Assembly (NCBI GenBank): GCA_965219955.1
Contig: OZ244799.1
Span: 864,001 to 928,000 of the forward strand
Reading direction: 5' to 3'
Source of the DNA: a bacterium
Lineage (GTDB): Bacteria > UBA8248
Length of the DNA stretch: 64,000 nt
In this document: in pieces, positions 18,849-28,956 of the stretch
Layout: each line of letters starts with the position of its first letter
Position numbering within the stretch: the stretch's first letter is position 1
Position numbers and translations under genes: made by a program
The notes under the pieces: generated by a model
What the model was told of the DNA's origin: nothing
Database searches by the model: none
What the model saw: the letters and a program-made list of their open reading frames with translations, nothing else

Positions 18849-19610
18849 TTGCCACAACTATTTGATTTAAGCGGAAAGAGGGCTTTGGTCACAGGAGGCG
18901 GCACGGGACTCGGGCGCGCGATGGCCCATGCGCTGGCCGAGGCGGGGGCCGACGTCGCCCTGGCGGCGAGGCGAAAGGAAAAGCTCGAGGAGGCGGCTGA
19001 GGAGATTCGCGCCCTGGGCCGCTCGGCCCACGCCGTCGCCTGCGACCTGACGGAGCCCGGCTCCATACGCGAAGCGGCGCGCGAGGCGGAAGACGCGCTG
19101 GGGGCCATCGACGTTCTGGTGAACAACAGCGGCGTGAGCGGGGAGGGCTGGGCCACCGATCTGCCGATTGAGCGGTGGGACCAGGTGCTGGAGACGAACC
19201 TCAGGGGCGCGTTCCTGATGTGCCAGGCGGTGGCGCCCGGCATGATCGAGCGCGGCGGCGGGGCGATCGTGAACGTGGCTTCCGTCGCGGGCTTCATCGG
19301 CGTGAAGATGCTCTCCGCCTATTCGGCGAGCAAGGGCGGCCTGATCCAGCTCACCAAGACGCTCGCGCTCGAATGGGCGAAAACGGGGGTGCGCGTGAAC
19401 GCCCTGGCGCCCGGGTATTTCCTGACCGACATCAACAGCAAGTTTTTCGCGTCCGAAGCGGGGGAGAGGATGATCAAGGCCCACATCCCGATGGGAAGGA
19501 CCGGCCGGCCCGAGGAGCTCAAGGGCGCGATCCTCTTCCTGGCGAGCGACGCTTCGAGCTTCATGACGGGCGCGGCCCTGGTGGTGGACGGCGGACAGTA
19601 CGCGCAGTAA
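18849..19610 (+). CDS. SDR oxidoreductase (gluconate/2-deoxygluconate dehydrogenase-like)
   Basis: TGGGTGLG, NNSG, YSASK. Confidence 0.9.
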   Translation: MPQLFDLSGKRALVTGGGTGLGRAMAHALAEAGADVALAARRKEKLEEAAEEIRALGRSAHAVACDLTEPGSIREAAREAEDALGAIDVLVNNSGVSGEGWATDLPIERWDQVLETNLRGAFLMCQAVAPGMIERGGGAIVNVASVAGFIGVKMLSAYSASKGGLIQLTKTLALEWAKTGVRVNALAPGYFLTDINSKFFASEAGERMIKAHIPMGRTGRPEELKGAILFLASDASSFMTGAALVVDGGQYAQ

Positions 19611-19802
19611 GGGTTGTTGAAAAATCCTATCCGCCTCATCCTGAGTAGCGGCGGAGCCGCGTATCGAAGGATGCCCTCTCGCCAAGCCCGAGGCGTTCGC
19701 CCCCCCCGCCCTTCGATACGCCGCCTTCGGCGGCTACTCAGGGTGAGGAAATAGGTGTTGACGGTTTGCGGGGGTTGCAGACGGGGCTTTTTCGACAACC
19801 CC
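19610..19802. mobile_element. MITE-like unit: GGGTTGTTGAAAAA...TTTTTCGACAACCCC enclosing a CTCATCCTGAG/GTATCGAAGG doublet
   Basis: Inverted termini and internal doublet read directly. Confidence 0.65.
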
Positions 19803-20170
19803 GATTCATGTGAGATTCAGTCTTGGTGTTGGGGGCGTTGATCCCGGAAATCGAAAAAAACGAAAAAAGGGACTTGACCTCGTCGCGCGCTTGACCCATA
19901 AGATCGGTGTTGCTTTTGCGGGGACTTGCGTGATCTCCGCCCATAGAGTCACGCAATCTCGCGTCTGATGGATCGATATGGAGTATTGATTCGATGAGGC
20001 ATCAGGATCGCAGGAGGTCCTGGGGCGTGTTCAAGACGCCCCGCCATCCACTGGCTTCTTAGGAAACCAGCGCGTTCACCCGTCTTGCGCGCAAGCGCCC
20101 CATCACTCCCTAAAACCCGGCGTTCCGCTCAAGGCGCACATTCACGAAAACATAGAAATTCCTGAGGAGC

Positions 20171-21814
20171 ATGGAACCCATGGCGAGACAAGCCACGGCA
20201 GTACGAAAGAAACCATCCAGAGGCAGGGCCTCGAACAGAATCCGTATTTTCGACACCACGCTCAGGGACGGGGAGCAGTCGCCCGGCTGCAGCATGGACC
20301 ATTTCCAGAAGGTGCAGATGGCGCTTCAGCTCGAAAAACTGGGCGTGGACATCATCGAAGCCGGTTTTCCCATCGCGTCGAACGACGAGTTCGAATCGGT
20401 GCGCGACGTGGCCAAGGCGGTTACGAAGACAAGCGTCGCAGGCCTTTCGCGCTCGGCGCGCGAGGACATCGACCGCTGCTGGGAGGCGGTGCGCCACGCG
20501 AAAAAACCCAGAATCCACACCTTCATCGCCACGTCGGACATTCACCTCAAGCACAAGCTCAAGATGACGCGCGCGGCGCTCCTGAAGGAGATCGCCGCCT
20601 CGGTGCGCCATGCGCGAAAACTCTGCAAGGACGTGGAGTGGAGTGCTGAGGACGCGACGCGCTCGGATTGGGATTTCCTGGCCGAGACGGTGAAGATAGC
20701 CATCGAGGAGGGGGCGACGACCATCAACCTCCCCGACACGGTGGGCTACATCATCCCGAGCGAGTTCAAGCGCTTCTGGGAGCACATCTTCGAAAAGGTG
20801 CCGAGCTATGACGAGGTGGTCTTCAGCGCGCACTGCCACGACGATCTGGGCCTCGCGGTGGCGAACAGCATCGTGGCTATCGAATCCGGCGTGCGGCAGG
20901 TGGAGTGCACCATCAACGGCATCGGCGAGCGGGCGGGCAACGCCTCGCTCGAGGAGTTCGTGATGGCCATCGCCACGCGCAAGGATGAGCTCAACTACAA
21001 ATCGGGTATCAAGACGCGCGAGATCTACCCCACGAGCAGGCTCCTGACCTCCATGACGGGCGTGCCCGTACAGCCCAACAAGGCGGTGGTGGGCAAGAAC
21101 GCCTTCGCGCACGAGGCGGGCATCCACCAGCACGGGGTGATCTCGAAGGCCATCACGTATGAGATCATGACGCCAAAGTCGGTGGGCAGGCCCTCGAACA
21201 CGCTCGTTCTCGGCAAGCACTCGGGGCGCGCGGGCTTGAGGAAGCGCTACGAGCAGCTGGGCTTCAAGATGTCGCGCGAGGACATCACGGCCATCTACCC
21301 GCGCTTCATCGACCTGGCCGACAAGAAAAAAGAGGTCTACGACGAGGACTTGATCGCGCTCTTGCAGCAAAACCGCGCCGAGGGCGGGGAGAACTACTAC
21401 AGCATCGAGTTCCTGCAGGTCACCTCCTCCACGGGCACGCAGCCGGCCTCCACGGCCACGGTGCGGATCCGCCAGGGCGAGGAGGAGTTCTCCGAAGTGA
21501 GCCAGGGCAACGGCCCCGTGGACGCGGCCATCAACGCCATCTGCCGTGTGGTGGGCATCGAATGCCGCCTGGCGGATTTCTCGGTCAACGCCGTCACGCG
21601 GGGTCGCGACGCGCTCGCCGAGGTGAACATCATGGTGGAGTTCGAGGGCGACTTGCAGATAGCGGGCCACGCCACGAGCCCCGACACGGTCGAGGCGGGC
21701 GCCAAGGCCTTCGTGAACGCGGTGAACAAGTTCAAGCTCACCGAAGACATGCGCAAACCCAAGGGCAGGGGGCGCAAGGCGAAAGCGCCCGCCGAGCGCC
21801 CGCGCGGCATTTGA
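20171..21814 (+). CDS. leuA: 2-isopropylmalate synthase
   Basis: IFDTTLRDGEQ, HCHDDLG, GIGERAGN, HEAGIHQHG, GNGPVDA regulatory domain. Confidence 0.95.
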   Translation: MEPMARQATAVRKKPSRGRASNRIRIFDTTLRDGEQSPGCSMDHFQKVQMALQLEKLGVDIIEAGFPIASNDEFESVRDVAKAVTKTSVAGLSRSAREDIDRCWEAVRHAKKPRIHTFIATSDIHLKHKLKMTRAALLKEIAASVRHARKLCKDVEWSAEDATRSDWDFLAETVKIAIEEGATTINLPDTVGYIIPSEFKRFWEHIFEKVPSYDEVVFSAHCHDDLGLAVANSIVAIESGVRQVECTINGIGERAGNASLEEFVMAIATRKDELNYKSGIKTREIYPTSRLLTSMTGVPVQPNKAVVGKNAFAHEAGIHQHGVISKAITYEIMTPKSVGRPSNTLVLGKHSGRAGLRKRYEQLGFKMSREDITAIYPRFIDLADKKKEVYDEDLIALLQQNRAEGGENYYSIEFLQVTSSTGTQPASTATVRIRQGEEEFSEVSQGNGPVDAAINAICRVVGIECRLADFSVNAVTRGRDALAEVNIMVEFEGDLQIAGHATSPDTVEAGAKAFVNAVNKFKLTEDMRKPKGRGRKAKAPAERPRGI

Positions 21815-21819
21815 CTTAG

Positions 21820-21860
21820 AATCGGGGCGGTCCTCTCCGGGGGGCCGCCCCGCGATTTTT
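21820..21860 (+). terminator. Intrinsic terminator after leuA
   Basis: cggggcggtcctc-tccg-gggggccgccccg followed by cgattttt. Confidence 0.6.
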
Positions 21861-21882
21861 GCGCGAGGCGGCATAGTCGTGA

Positions 21883-21980
21883 TGTAGGGGCGGACCGATG
21901 TGTCCGCCCGCAGCAAGTCTGTATGGTTGAATTACATGCCGGGCGAACACGCAGGCGGCGGGCATATATGCCCGACCCTG
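21883..21980. repeat. GTAG-type REP-like hairpins
   Basis: GTAGGGGCGGACCGATGTGTCCGCCC, similar to the copy at 62811. Confidence 0.6.
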
Positions 21981-22027
21981 CGGAACCATACGCTCCCTTG
22001 TCCACCAGCCATCAAGGAGATTCCTCC

Positions 22028-23401
22028 ATGACATATCCGGCCACAAGAGAGCTGGCGAAACGAATCGCGGCGGTTCACGCCTCGGATATCGGCGATGCGG
22101 CCCGCGCTGGGGCGCGAAACGCCGTTCTCGACACGCTGGGCGTGATTCTGGCGGGCCGGGAGGATGATTGCGCGCGGCTGGCGCATCGGCTGGCGGCGTC
22201 TGAGGGCGGCGCTCCCGTCGCTCGCCTGATCGGCACGGAGGAGCGCACGAGCGCCTCCTGGGCCGCCTTCGTGAACGGAACGGCGGGCCATGCGCTCGAT
22301 TACGACGACGTGGATTTCGTGATGCTGGGCCACCCGAGCGTCACCCTGGTTCCCGCCCTCATCGCGCTGGCCGAGGAGCGCGGCATCGGCGGCGCGCGGG
22401 TTCTGGAAGCCTATACGGTCGGTTTCGAACTCTTGCACGTTCTGGGCCGCGCGGTGAACCCCCGCCACTACCGCCGGGGCTTTCACGCCACGGCCACGTT
22501 GGGATCCGTCGGCGTGGCGGGCGCCTGCGCGTATCTGCTGGGACTGGACGAGGAGCAGACGCGGAACGCCCTGAGCCTGGGCGCCAGCGGCTCGGCGGGA
22601 CTGGTGTCGAACTTCGGCACGATGACGAAGCCCTTGCACGCGGGCCAGTCCGCGCGGGCGGGCCTCGTGGCGGCGAAACTCGCCGAGGACGGCTTCACGG
22701 CGGCTGAGGATACGCTGGAGACGGGCTTCACGGCGGCCATGGCGGCGGAGGAAATCGGCCCCACGGCGTATGAGTTCGCGGACTGGGAGGGCGCGGTCGC
22801 TCCCTGGGGGCGGCCCTGGGACATCGAGGAGGGCGTCTGCGTGAAGATCCACCCCTGCTGCGCGATGACGCATCCGGGCATCGACGCCATGCTCGACCTG
22901 GTGAATGAAGAAGACATCGCGGTCGCCGACGTGGCGGCCCTCGGCGCGCGCGCCTCGACCATGACGCTGAAAGTCCTGCGCTACAAGGAGGCGACCACGG
23001 GTCTCGAGGGAAAATTCTCCATGCCGTTCTGCATTGCCTCGGCCTTGGTGGACCGCAAGGTCGGCATCCGCCAGTTCGAGGAAGACAGCGTGCAGCGGCC
23101 CGAGATAGCCGCCCTGCAGAAGCGCGTGGCGTTCGAGCTGGATGAGGAGATGGCGCGCGAGGACCCGGAAACAGAGGCGGCCCAAGTCTGGGTCAAGCTC
23201 AACGACGGCCGCGAACTCACTCGCTTTTTCCCCCGCGCGCGCGGCCACGTCGAAAACCCCCTGACCGAACTCGAGCTCCAGGAAAAGTTTTTAGAGTGCG
23301 CCGCAGGCCTCACCGAAGGGAAGGCACGCGCCGCCTGGGACGCCTGGCGTCGGCTCGACGAGGCGGAGGATATCACCCGTCTCACCGCCATGCTCTCATA
23401 G
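22028..23401 (+). CDS. MmgE/PrpD family protein
   Basis: HALDYDD, GHPS, GFHAT, TKPLHAG, KIHPCC, KFS; AAGGAG before ATG 22028. Confidence 0.9.
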   Translation: MTYPATRELAKRIAAVHASDIGDAARAGARNAVLDTLGVILAGREDDCARLAHRLAASEGGAPVARLIGTEERTSASWAAFVNGTAGHALDYDDVDFVMLGHPSVTLVPALIALAEERGIGGARVLEAYTVGFELLHVLGRAVNPRHYRRGFHATATLGSVGVAGACAYLLGLDEEQTRNALSLGASGSAGLVSNFGTMTKPLHAGQSARAGLVAAKLAEDGFTAAEDTLETGFTAAMAAEEIGPTAYEFADWEGAVAPWGRPWDIEEGVCVKIHPCCAMTHPGIDAMLDLVNEEDIAVADVAALGARASTMTLKVLRYKEATTGLEGKFSMPFCIASALVDRKVGIRQFEEDSVQRPEIAALQKRVAFELDEEMAREDPETEAAQVWVKLNDGRELTRFFPRARGHVENPLTELELQEKFLECAAGLTEGKARAAWDAWRRLDEAEDITRLTAMLS

Positions 23402-23433
23402 GGGTTGATTGAGTTTAGCGGACTGGTCCGTAG

Positions 23434-23804
23434 GGCGCTGTTGAAAAAGCCGTCCTTGGTTGGAATTGACCACCGCCGTCATTCCGGCGAAAGCCGGAAT
23501 CCATTTTCAAGCAGAATGACAATACGCCGGCTTTTCATCTCCTCGTCATCGGCGCGAATCGATCAGAAAAGAAAAAACAAAGGCAAAACGAATGGATTCC
23601 GGCTTTCGCCGGAATGACGAACAAAACCGCACCCCCTCATCCTGAGTAGCGGCCCCTCGACTTCGCTCGGGGCAGGCTCCGCCCCCCCCACCTTCCTATC
23701 CTGAGTAGCCGCCGAAGGCGGCGTATCGAAGGGCGCATGTCCGTCCCTCGATACGGCGCGCAAGCGCGCCTACTCGGGATGAGGAGGGCTTTTTCAACAC
23801 CCCC
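23434..23804. mobile_element. Composite MITE (TGTTGAAAAA termini) carrying two REP-like doublets, with GTAG target duplication
   Basis: GTAG 23430-23433 | GGCGCTGTTGAAAAAG ... CTTTTTCAACACCCCC | GTAG 23805-23808. Confidence 0.75.
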
Positions 23805-24023
23805 GTAGGGGCGGTTCGCCAACCGCCCCTACAATCTCGATTCCCCCTGTAGCCTGCTTTGCAGTTGCTCGTCGTTCCGGTCTGCGCCGGAGCGGCGGTG
23901 ACGTTTGCCGCATGGGTCGAGACAAAGCCTCATTCTCCGGAGGGGACTCACAACCTTGCAGCCGGGTGGCGCGGGTAATAGAATCATCACGCCGCCGAAG
24001 AACGCACTCTCAGGAGACCGATT

Positions 24024-25340
24024 ATGAAACGCAGGGATTTTCTTCTGGCGTTGGCGGCGACGGCGCTGGCCCCCGCGAGCGGATGGGCGGCGCCCGCAGG
24101 TTTCCGTCTCAAGGCCGAGCCCGTCACCGCCCGTCTCCTGCCTGAGGGGCAAGGGGTGACGCGGATGCTCGGGTTCAACGGGTCGACGCCGGGCCCCGAA
24201 ATCCGCGCCCGCCAGGGCGGCCGGATAGCCGTCGCCTTCGAGAACGGAATCGACAGCGCTTCCGCCATCCACTGGCACGGCATCCATATCGACAACGCGA
24301 TGGACGGGGTGCCGGGCCTCACCCAGGCGGCGGTCGAGCCGGGCGAAATGTTCGACTACGCCTTCGACGTATCCCATCCCGGCACCTACTGGTACCACTC
24401 GCACGAGCGCTCCTGGGAGCAGGTGGCGAAGGGACTCTACGGCCCTCTGATCATCGAGGAGCGCGACCCCCCGCGCGTCGACCGCGACATCATGGTGATT
24501 ATCGACGACTGGCGCCTCACGCGCGGCGGCGAATTGCGCGCAAACTTCGGCAACCGGCACGACTTCTCCCATGACGGGCGGATCGGCAACTTCGCGCGCG
24601 CGCTCGTCTCGCGCGAAGCGGTAAGGCGCGGCGACCGGGTTCGCCTGCGGCTGATCAACACGGCGACGGCCCGGATTTTCCCGGTGCGGATCTCGGGCGG
24701 CGCGGGCAAGGTCGTGGCGCATGACGGCATGCCGCTCGCGACGCCCGAGCCGCTCGGCGAACTCGTCCTCGCCCCCGCGCAGCGGACCGACGTCATCCTC
24801 GACGTGGCGGAGCCCGTCACCTTCGCCATGTTGATTCGGGAGGGAGCCTACGAACTCGGCAAAATAGAGGCGGAAGGCGCGAACCCCGCGCCCGTCAAAA
24901 CCCCGATCGCGCCGCTTCCGCCGCACGCCGCCCCGGCGCCCGATCGCAAAAGGGCGCGGCGGCTGACGCTCGCCATGCAGGGCGGCGCGATGAGCCGGAT
25001 GGGCATGACGGGCATGATGCGCGGCGGGGATTTCTGGGCCTTCAACGGCCGCTCCGGCTTGCCGCGCGCGCCCTGGCAGCGCTTCGAGCGCGGCGAGACG
25101 GCGCTGATCACGATGCGCAACGACACCGCTTTCCCGCACGGCATCCACATCCACGGCCACCACTTCCACGAACTCGACGAGAACGGCGCGCCCGGCCATT
25201 ACCGCGACACCACCCTGGTCGACCCGCGCCGGCGGCGGGACGTCCTCTGCGTGTTCGACAACCCCGGCAAGTGGCTGATCCACTGCCACACGCTGGCCCA
25301 CCAGGCGTCGGGCATGAAGACCTGGGTCGAGGTCGTTTGA
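24024..25340 (+). CDS. Tat-exported multicopper oxidase
   Basis: MKRRDFLL twin-Arg signal; HWHG, WYHSH, HGIHIHGH, HCHTLAHQASGM copper motifs. Confidence 0.95.
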   Translation: MKRRDFLLALAATALAPASGWAAPAGFRLKAEPVTARLLPEGQGVTRMLGFNGSTPGPEIRARQGGRIAVAFENGIDSASAIHWHGIHIDNAMDGVPGLTQAAVEPGEMFDYAFDVSHPGTYWYHSHERSWEQVAKGLYGPLIIEERDPPRVDRDIMVIIDDWRLTRGGELRANFGNRHDFSHDGRIGNFARALVSREAVRRGDRVRLRLINTATARIFPVRISGGAGKVVAHDGMPLATPEPLGELVLAPAQRTDVILDVAEPVTFAMLIREGAYELGKIEAEGANPAPVKTPIAPLPPHAAPAPDRKRARRLTLAMQGGAMSRMGMTGMMRGGDFWAFNGRSGLPRAPWQRFERGETALITMRNDTAFPHGIHIHGHHFHELDENGAPGHYRDTTLVDPRRRRDVLCVFDNPGKWLIHCHTLAHQASGMKTWVEVV

Positions 25341-25490
25341 CGCGGATACCGCCGGCAATAGCGTTCGCCGCGGAATCGAGTCATTCCGGCCTGCGCCGGA
25401 TGAGGGTGAACTCACCGCATTGCCAGCGGAGCCGGGCGCGGAAAGCGAGTCCCGCGTAGGTATTTCAGCGTGGGGACGAACCCCTCCTCC

Positions 25491-25918
25491 AGGTCGTTGA
25501 AAAAGCCCCTGCAAGGGGGTGGGATGTGTGGGGGTCGCATACATGCGACCCTGATTTTTTGCGCCTCCCGCGAACGGGCCGCATGTATGCGGCCCCTGCA
25601 TATGCCCTCGAACGGCGACCGTAGGGGGACAGGTCGCGACCTGTCCCTACACCCTTCTCGGAAGAATCCTTCTTCGGGCAGCAAACTCTCCCTCATCGGA
25701 CTTGTTGAAAAACTCCTATCCGACCTTCGAGATTGTTCGCCGTAGGGACAGGCCTCTGTGCCTGTCCGAGACCTTTTACGGGCATGGACATTCCCGATAC
25801 GGGCGGGCACGGAGGCCCGCCCCTACGGTTGAAATTTTCATCTGTGGCGATCACGGGCATAATTCGCCGTTCCTCGTTCATCGAGGTTTTTTCAACAACC
25901 CTCATCGGTCGAGTTTGC
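25491..25918. repeat. Repeat mosaic including a MITE at 25698-25902 with CATC duplication and several GTAG REPs
   Basis: catc | GGACTTGTTGAAAAA ... TTTTTCAACAACCCT | catc. Confidence 0.75.
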
Positions 25919-26027
25919 CTCCCGCATTCTTGACATACCGCCCTCACGATACCTAGCATGGGGCATACGGAATCTTCTCTCACGCCTGCGGGACGCTCGT
26001 CGTGATCCCCCATTCGGACGCCATATT

Positions 26028-26813
26028 ATGAAACCCTCGGAACTTTTCGATGTCAGCGGACGCTCCGCGCTGGTAACGGGCGCGTCGGGCGCGTTCGGGG
26101 CGGTCGCCGCACGGACGCTGGCCGGAGCCGGCTGCCGCCTCACGCTGGCTTCCGGCAACGCGGACGCCTTAAATGCCATCGCGGGCGAGTGCCGCGAACT
26201 TGGGGCCGAGGTCGCGGCGGTGAACGCGCGCCCCGAAACCGAAGCCGTGGCCGACGCCATGGTGAGAAAAGCCGTGGAGGACTATGGCCGACTCGACATT
26301 CTGGTGGTGGCGTCGGGGATCAACAGGGTAGGGATGATCGATGAGATGGCGCCCGACGCGTTCGCAGACGTCATGGACGCCAACGTCACGCAGTCGTGGC
26401 TGTTGGCGCGCGCCGCGACGCGGCAGATGAAGGCGCAGGGGGACGGCGGCAAGATCGTCCTCGTCTCCTCGACGCGCGGGATTCTCGGCCACCCGGCGGG
26501 CTACACCGCCTATTGTGCATCGAAGGCGGCGGTCGACGGCATCACGAAGGCGCTCGCCTGCGAGTTGGGGCCGACGGGGATCACGGTGAACGCGGTCGGG
26601 CCGACCGTCTTCCGCTCGGTGCTCACGGACTGGATGTTCACCGACGCGCCCAAAGCTGTGAAGACCCGAGAGAACATCGTGAACCGGGTTCCGAAAGGCC
26701 GATTGGGCGAGCCCGAGGACCTCGCGGGGCCGCTGCTGTTCCTCGCATCGCGCGCGTCCGATTTCTACACCGGCCACATTCTCTACGCCGACGGCGGCTA
26801 TACGGCGGGATAG
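26028..26813 (+). CDS. SDR oxidoreductase
   Basis: TGASGAFG, YCASK, DGGYTA. Confidence 0.9.
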   Translation: MKPSELFDVSGRSALVTGASGAFGAVAARTLAGAGCRLTLASGNADALNAIAGECRELGAEVAAVNARPETEAVADAMVRKAVEDYGRLDILVVASGINRVGMIDEMAPDAFADVMDANVTQSWLLARAATRQMKAQGDGGKIVLVSSTRGILGHPAGYTAYCASKAAVDGITKALACELGPTGITVNAVGPTVFRSVLTDWMFTDAPKAVKTRENIVNRVPKGRLGEPEDLAGPLLFLASRASDFYTGHILYADGGYTAG

Positions 26814-26981
26814 GGCGAAAGTATCTGCCGACAGGGCATTTGAGGAAGCAACAGCCTCATATGGACCAAAACGTGAACCCGGGGAGAAAACCCGAGCCGA
26901 CGAACGCGAACGAAGCGCACGGCGGGAGCCGCGACGGCGGCCTGGCCGGCCCTTTCTAGAAACCCCCTTCGAGGAGAAATC

Positions 26982-28253
26982 ATGAAGCGCGTGATCGTTC
27001 CACCGGACTGCCCGGCCTCCCCGAAAGCGCAGTCAGAGGCCATCGAGACCGAACACCTGCTGTTCTTCGCCGGACAGATGGCGACGGACTACGCCACCGG
27101 CGTCGCCCCCGAGGCGGCCGTGGACCCCGACAACCCGTTCGGCGGCCCGCCGCCGATGGCGCGGCAGACCCACGTCATCCTCCGGCGGATGGGGAAAATC
27201 CTCGAATCAGCGGGCCTCGGTTTCGAGGACGTGATCCGCATCGAGCAGTTCATCACCGGCCGCGAGGAGGCCGCGTGGTATTCCGCGACGAGGCAGGCCT
27301 ACATGTCCCAGGCGCACCCGACCAGCACGCGGGTGGTGGCGCAGGCGCTGGAGGTGCCCGGTGCGCTCATCGTGTGCGACGGCTTCGCGCTCAAGCCCGG
27401 TTCGGGATGGGAGAAGCGGACGCACGACCTCGAACTCGTGCCCAAATCCCTCACGGGCTACCCGGCGGCGCAGTCCGCAGGCCCTTTCGTGCTCATGCCG
27501 GGCATGATCGCCACCGACTACGCGACCGGGATTCACCCCGACGCCCGCGTCGACCCGACTTTCTGGCACCAGTCCGCCATCAAGCGCCAGACCGAGTACA
27601 TCCTCCGCACCAAGCGGAAAGTCCTGAACGAGCTGGACCTCGACTTGAGCGATATCGTCCAGACTTCCGTCTACCTCACCCACATGGAGGACCTCCCGGC
27701 GGTGGACCTCGTGTGGCGCGAGTTCTTCGGCGACGCTCCGCCCGCGCGCAGCGTCATCCCCTGCGACGATCTGGCCATCGGCGGCGCGCGCATCGAGGTC
27801 AGCTCCATCTCCCTGCGCCCGGACGGCGGGCTTGCGCGCCAAACGATTCACTCGCCCGACGCCCCGCCATCCCCCTTCCATGAGCCGCACGCCGTCAAGA
27901 CGGGGCCGTATCTCTGGCTTTCGACGCAGATCGCAGCAGATGAAAACGGCCTCGCGCCCGAGGTTCGCGTGAACCCGGGCCTCCCCTGGCATTCCTCGCC
28001 CGTCAAGCGCCAGACCGAATACATTCTTAAGAACGCCGACGCCATCTGCCGCGCGGCGGGCGGGAGCCTCGCCGACGTCGTGAGAAGCCAGACCGTGTTC
28101 TGCGACATGAACGATCTGCACGGCGCGTTCGAAGTCTGGGGCGGCGCATTCACCGACGCGCCGCCGGTGAACATGAGCGCGCAGACCACCACCCCCATGC
28201 CCGTGCCCGGATGCCGTATCCTGGCGTCGCTCGTGGCCTACATCCCGGATTGA
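26982..28253 (+). CDS. Protein with three tandem RidA/YjgF domains
   Basis: Three internal repeats (ATDYATG / ATDYATG / AADENG; RQTxxIL three times); second repeat has PPARS. Confidence 0.8.
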   Translation: MKRVIVPPDCPASPKAQSEAIETEHLLFFAGQMATDYATGVAPEAAVDPDNPFGGPPPMARQTHVILRRMGKILESAGLGFEDVIRIEQFITGREEAAWYSATRQAYMSQAHPTSTRVVAQALEVPGALIVCDGFALKPGSGWEKRTHDLELVPKSLTGYPAAQSAGPFVLMPGMIATDYATGIHPDARVDPTFWHQSAIKRQTEYILRTKRKVLNELDLDLSDIVQTSVYLTHMEDLPAVDLVWREFFGDAPPARSVIPCDDLAIGGARIEVSSISLRPDGGLARQTIHSPDAPPSPFHEPHAVKTGPYLWLSTQIAADENGLAPEVRVNPGLPWHSSPVKRQTEYILKNADAICRAAGGSLADVVRSQTVFCDMNDLHGAFEVWGGAFTDAPPVNMSAQTTTPMPVPGCRILASLVAYIPD

Positions 28254-28311
28254 GGGGAGGGGCTTGGCCCTTTTCGGGGATGGAGGAGACGCCCCGCTCG
28301 ACTCAAAAACC

Positions 28312-28714
28312 AACCCCCCCTACCCCCCCTTGACAGGGGGGTAAAAAAAGGCGACGCCTGCCGCCGGTAGAGGGGTTTTTGATTTTTCTTGCCCCCCTGA
28401 CAAGGGGGGGTAGGGGGGGTTGCCTTTCAAGCAAAGGCCTTTGGGCGACTCCTCGAAGGTCGGGCTTTCCTCCTCGGACGAGGTTCAAATTCACTCCCCC
28501 TCAAGGGGGGAGTGAATCTCTTCTCTACTCGGTCGACAACTACCCGCAAGGGGCTGCCCCAAAAACCCCGGTTGGGGAGGGAGTCCCGATCATCGAAGTG
28601 TTCACCGTAGGGACAGGCCTCCGTGCCTGTCCGAAACCCTGACAAAGGACAACCACGGAGGGTTGTCCCTACATCCGCAACACCGACCAACGGGGGCTTT
28701 TTCAACATCCCCCC
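28312..28714. repeat. Repeat mosaic (CCCCCCTACCCCCC doublet, CACTCCCCC palindrome, GTAG REP doublet, TTTTTCAACA end)
   Basis: Direct reading; motifs shared across the window. Confidence 0.8.
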
Positions 28715-28956
28715 AAGCCAAGATTTTAAGGGTCAGGCCCCTCGCGCGTGGTTTAACCCGCGTATATATTATGCTAGTGTCAGTTACATACAGAAAATAA
28801 AGTGCGCTTGAGATTGCGGGCGGGCGATGCGGAATCGGGGCGGGACCACGATTTTCACGTCGTTTTTGCTTCACGCGATACAGCCCCGTTTCCCCGTCGT
28901 CTCTTCGCGGTCCGTGTCCGCCGGGCTCCGGCCCGGCCAGGAGAGGGAGTGGATAC

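Noticed and set aside
26814-26981. Possible riboswitch or sORF before the triple-Rid gene
   Set aside because: No recognisable aptamer consensus or expression platform
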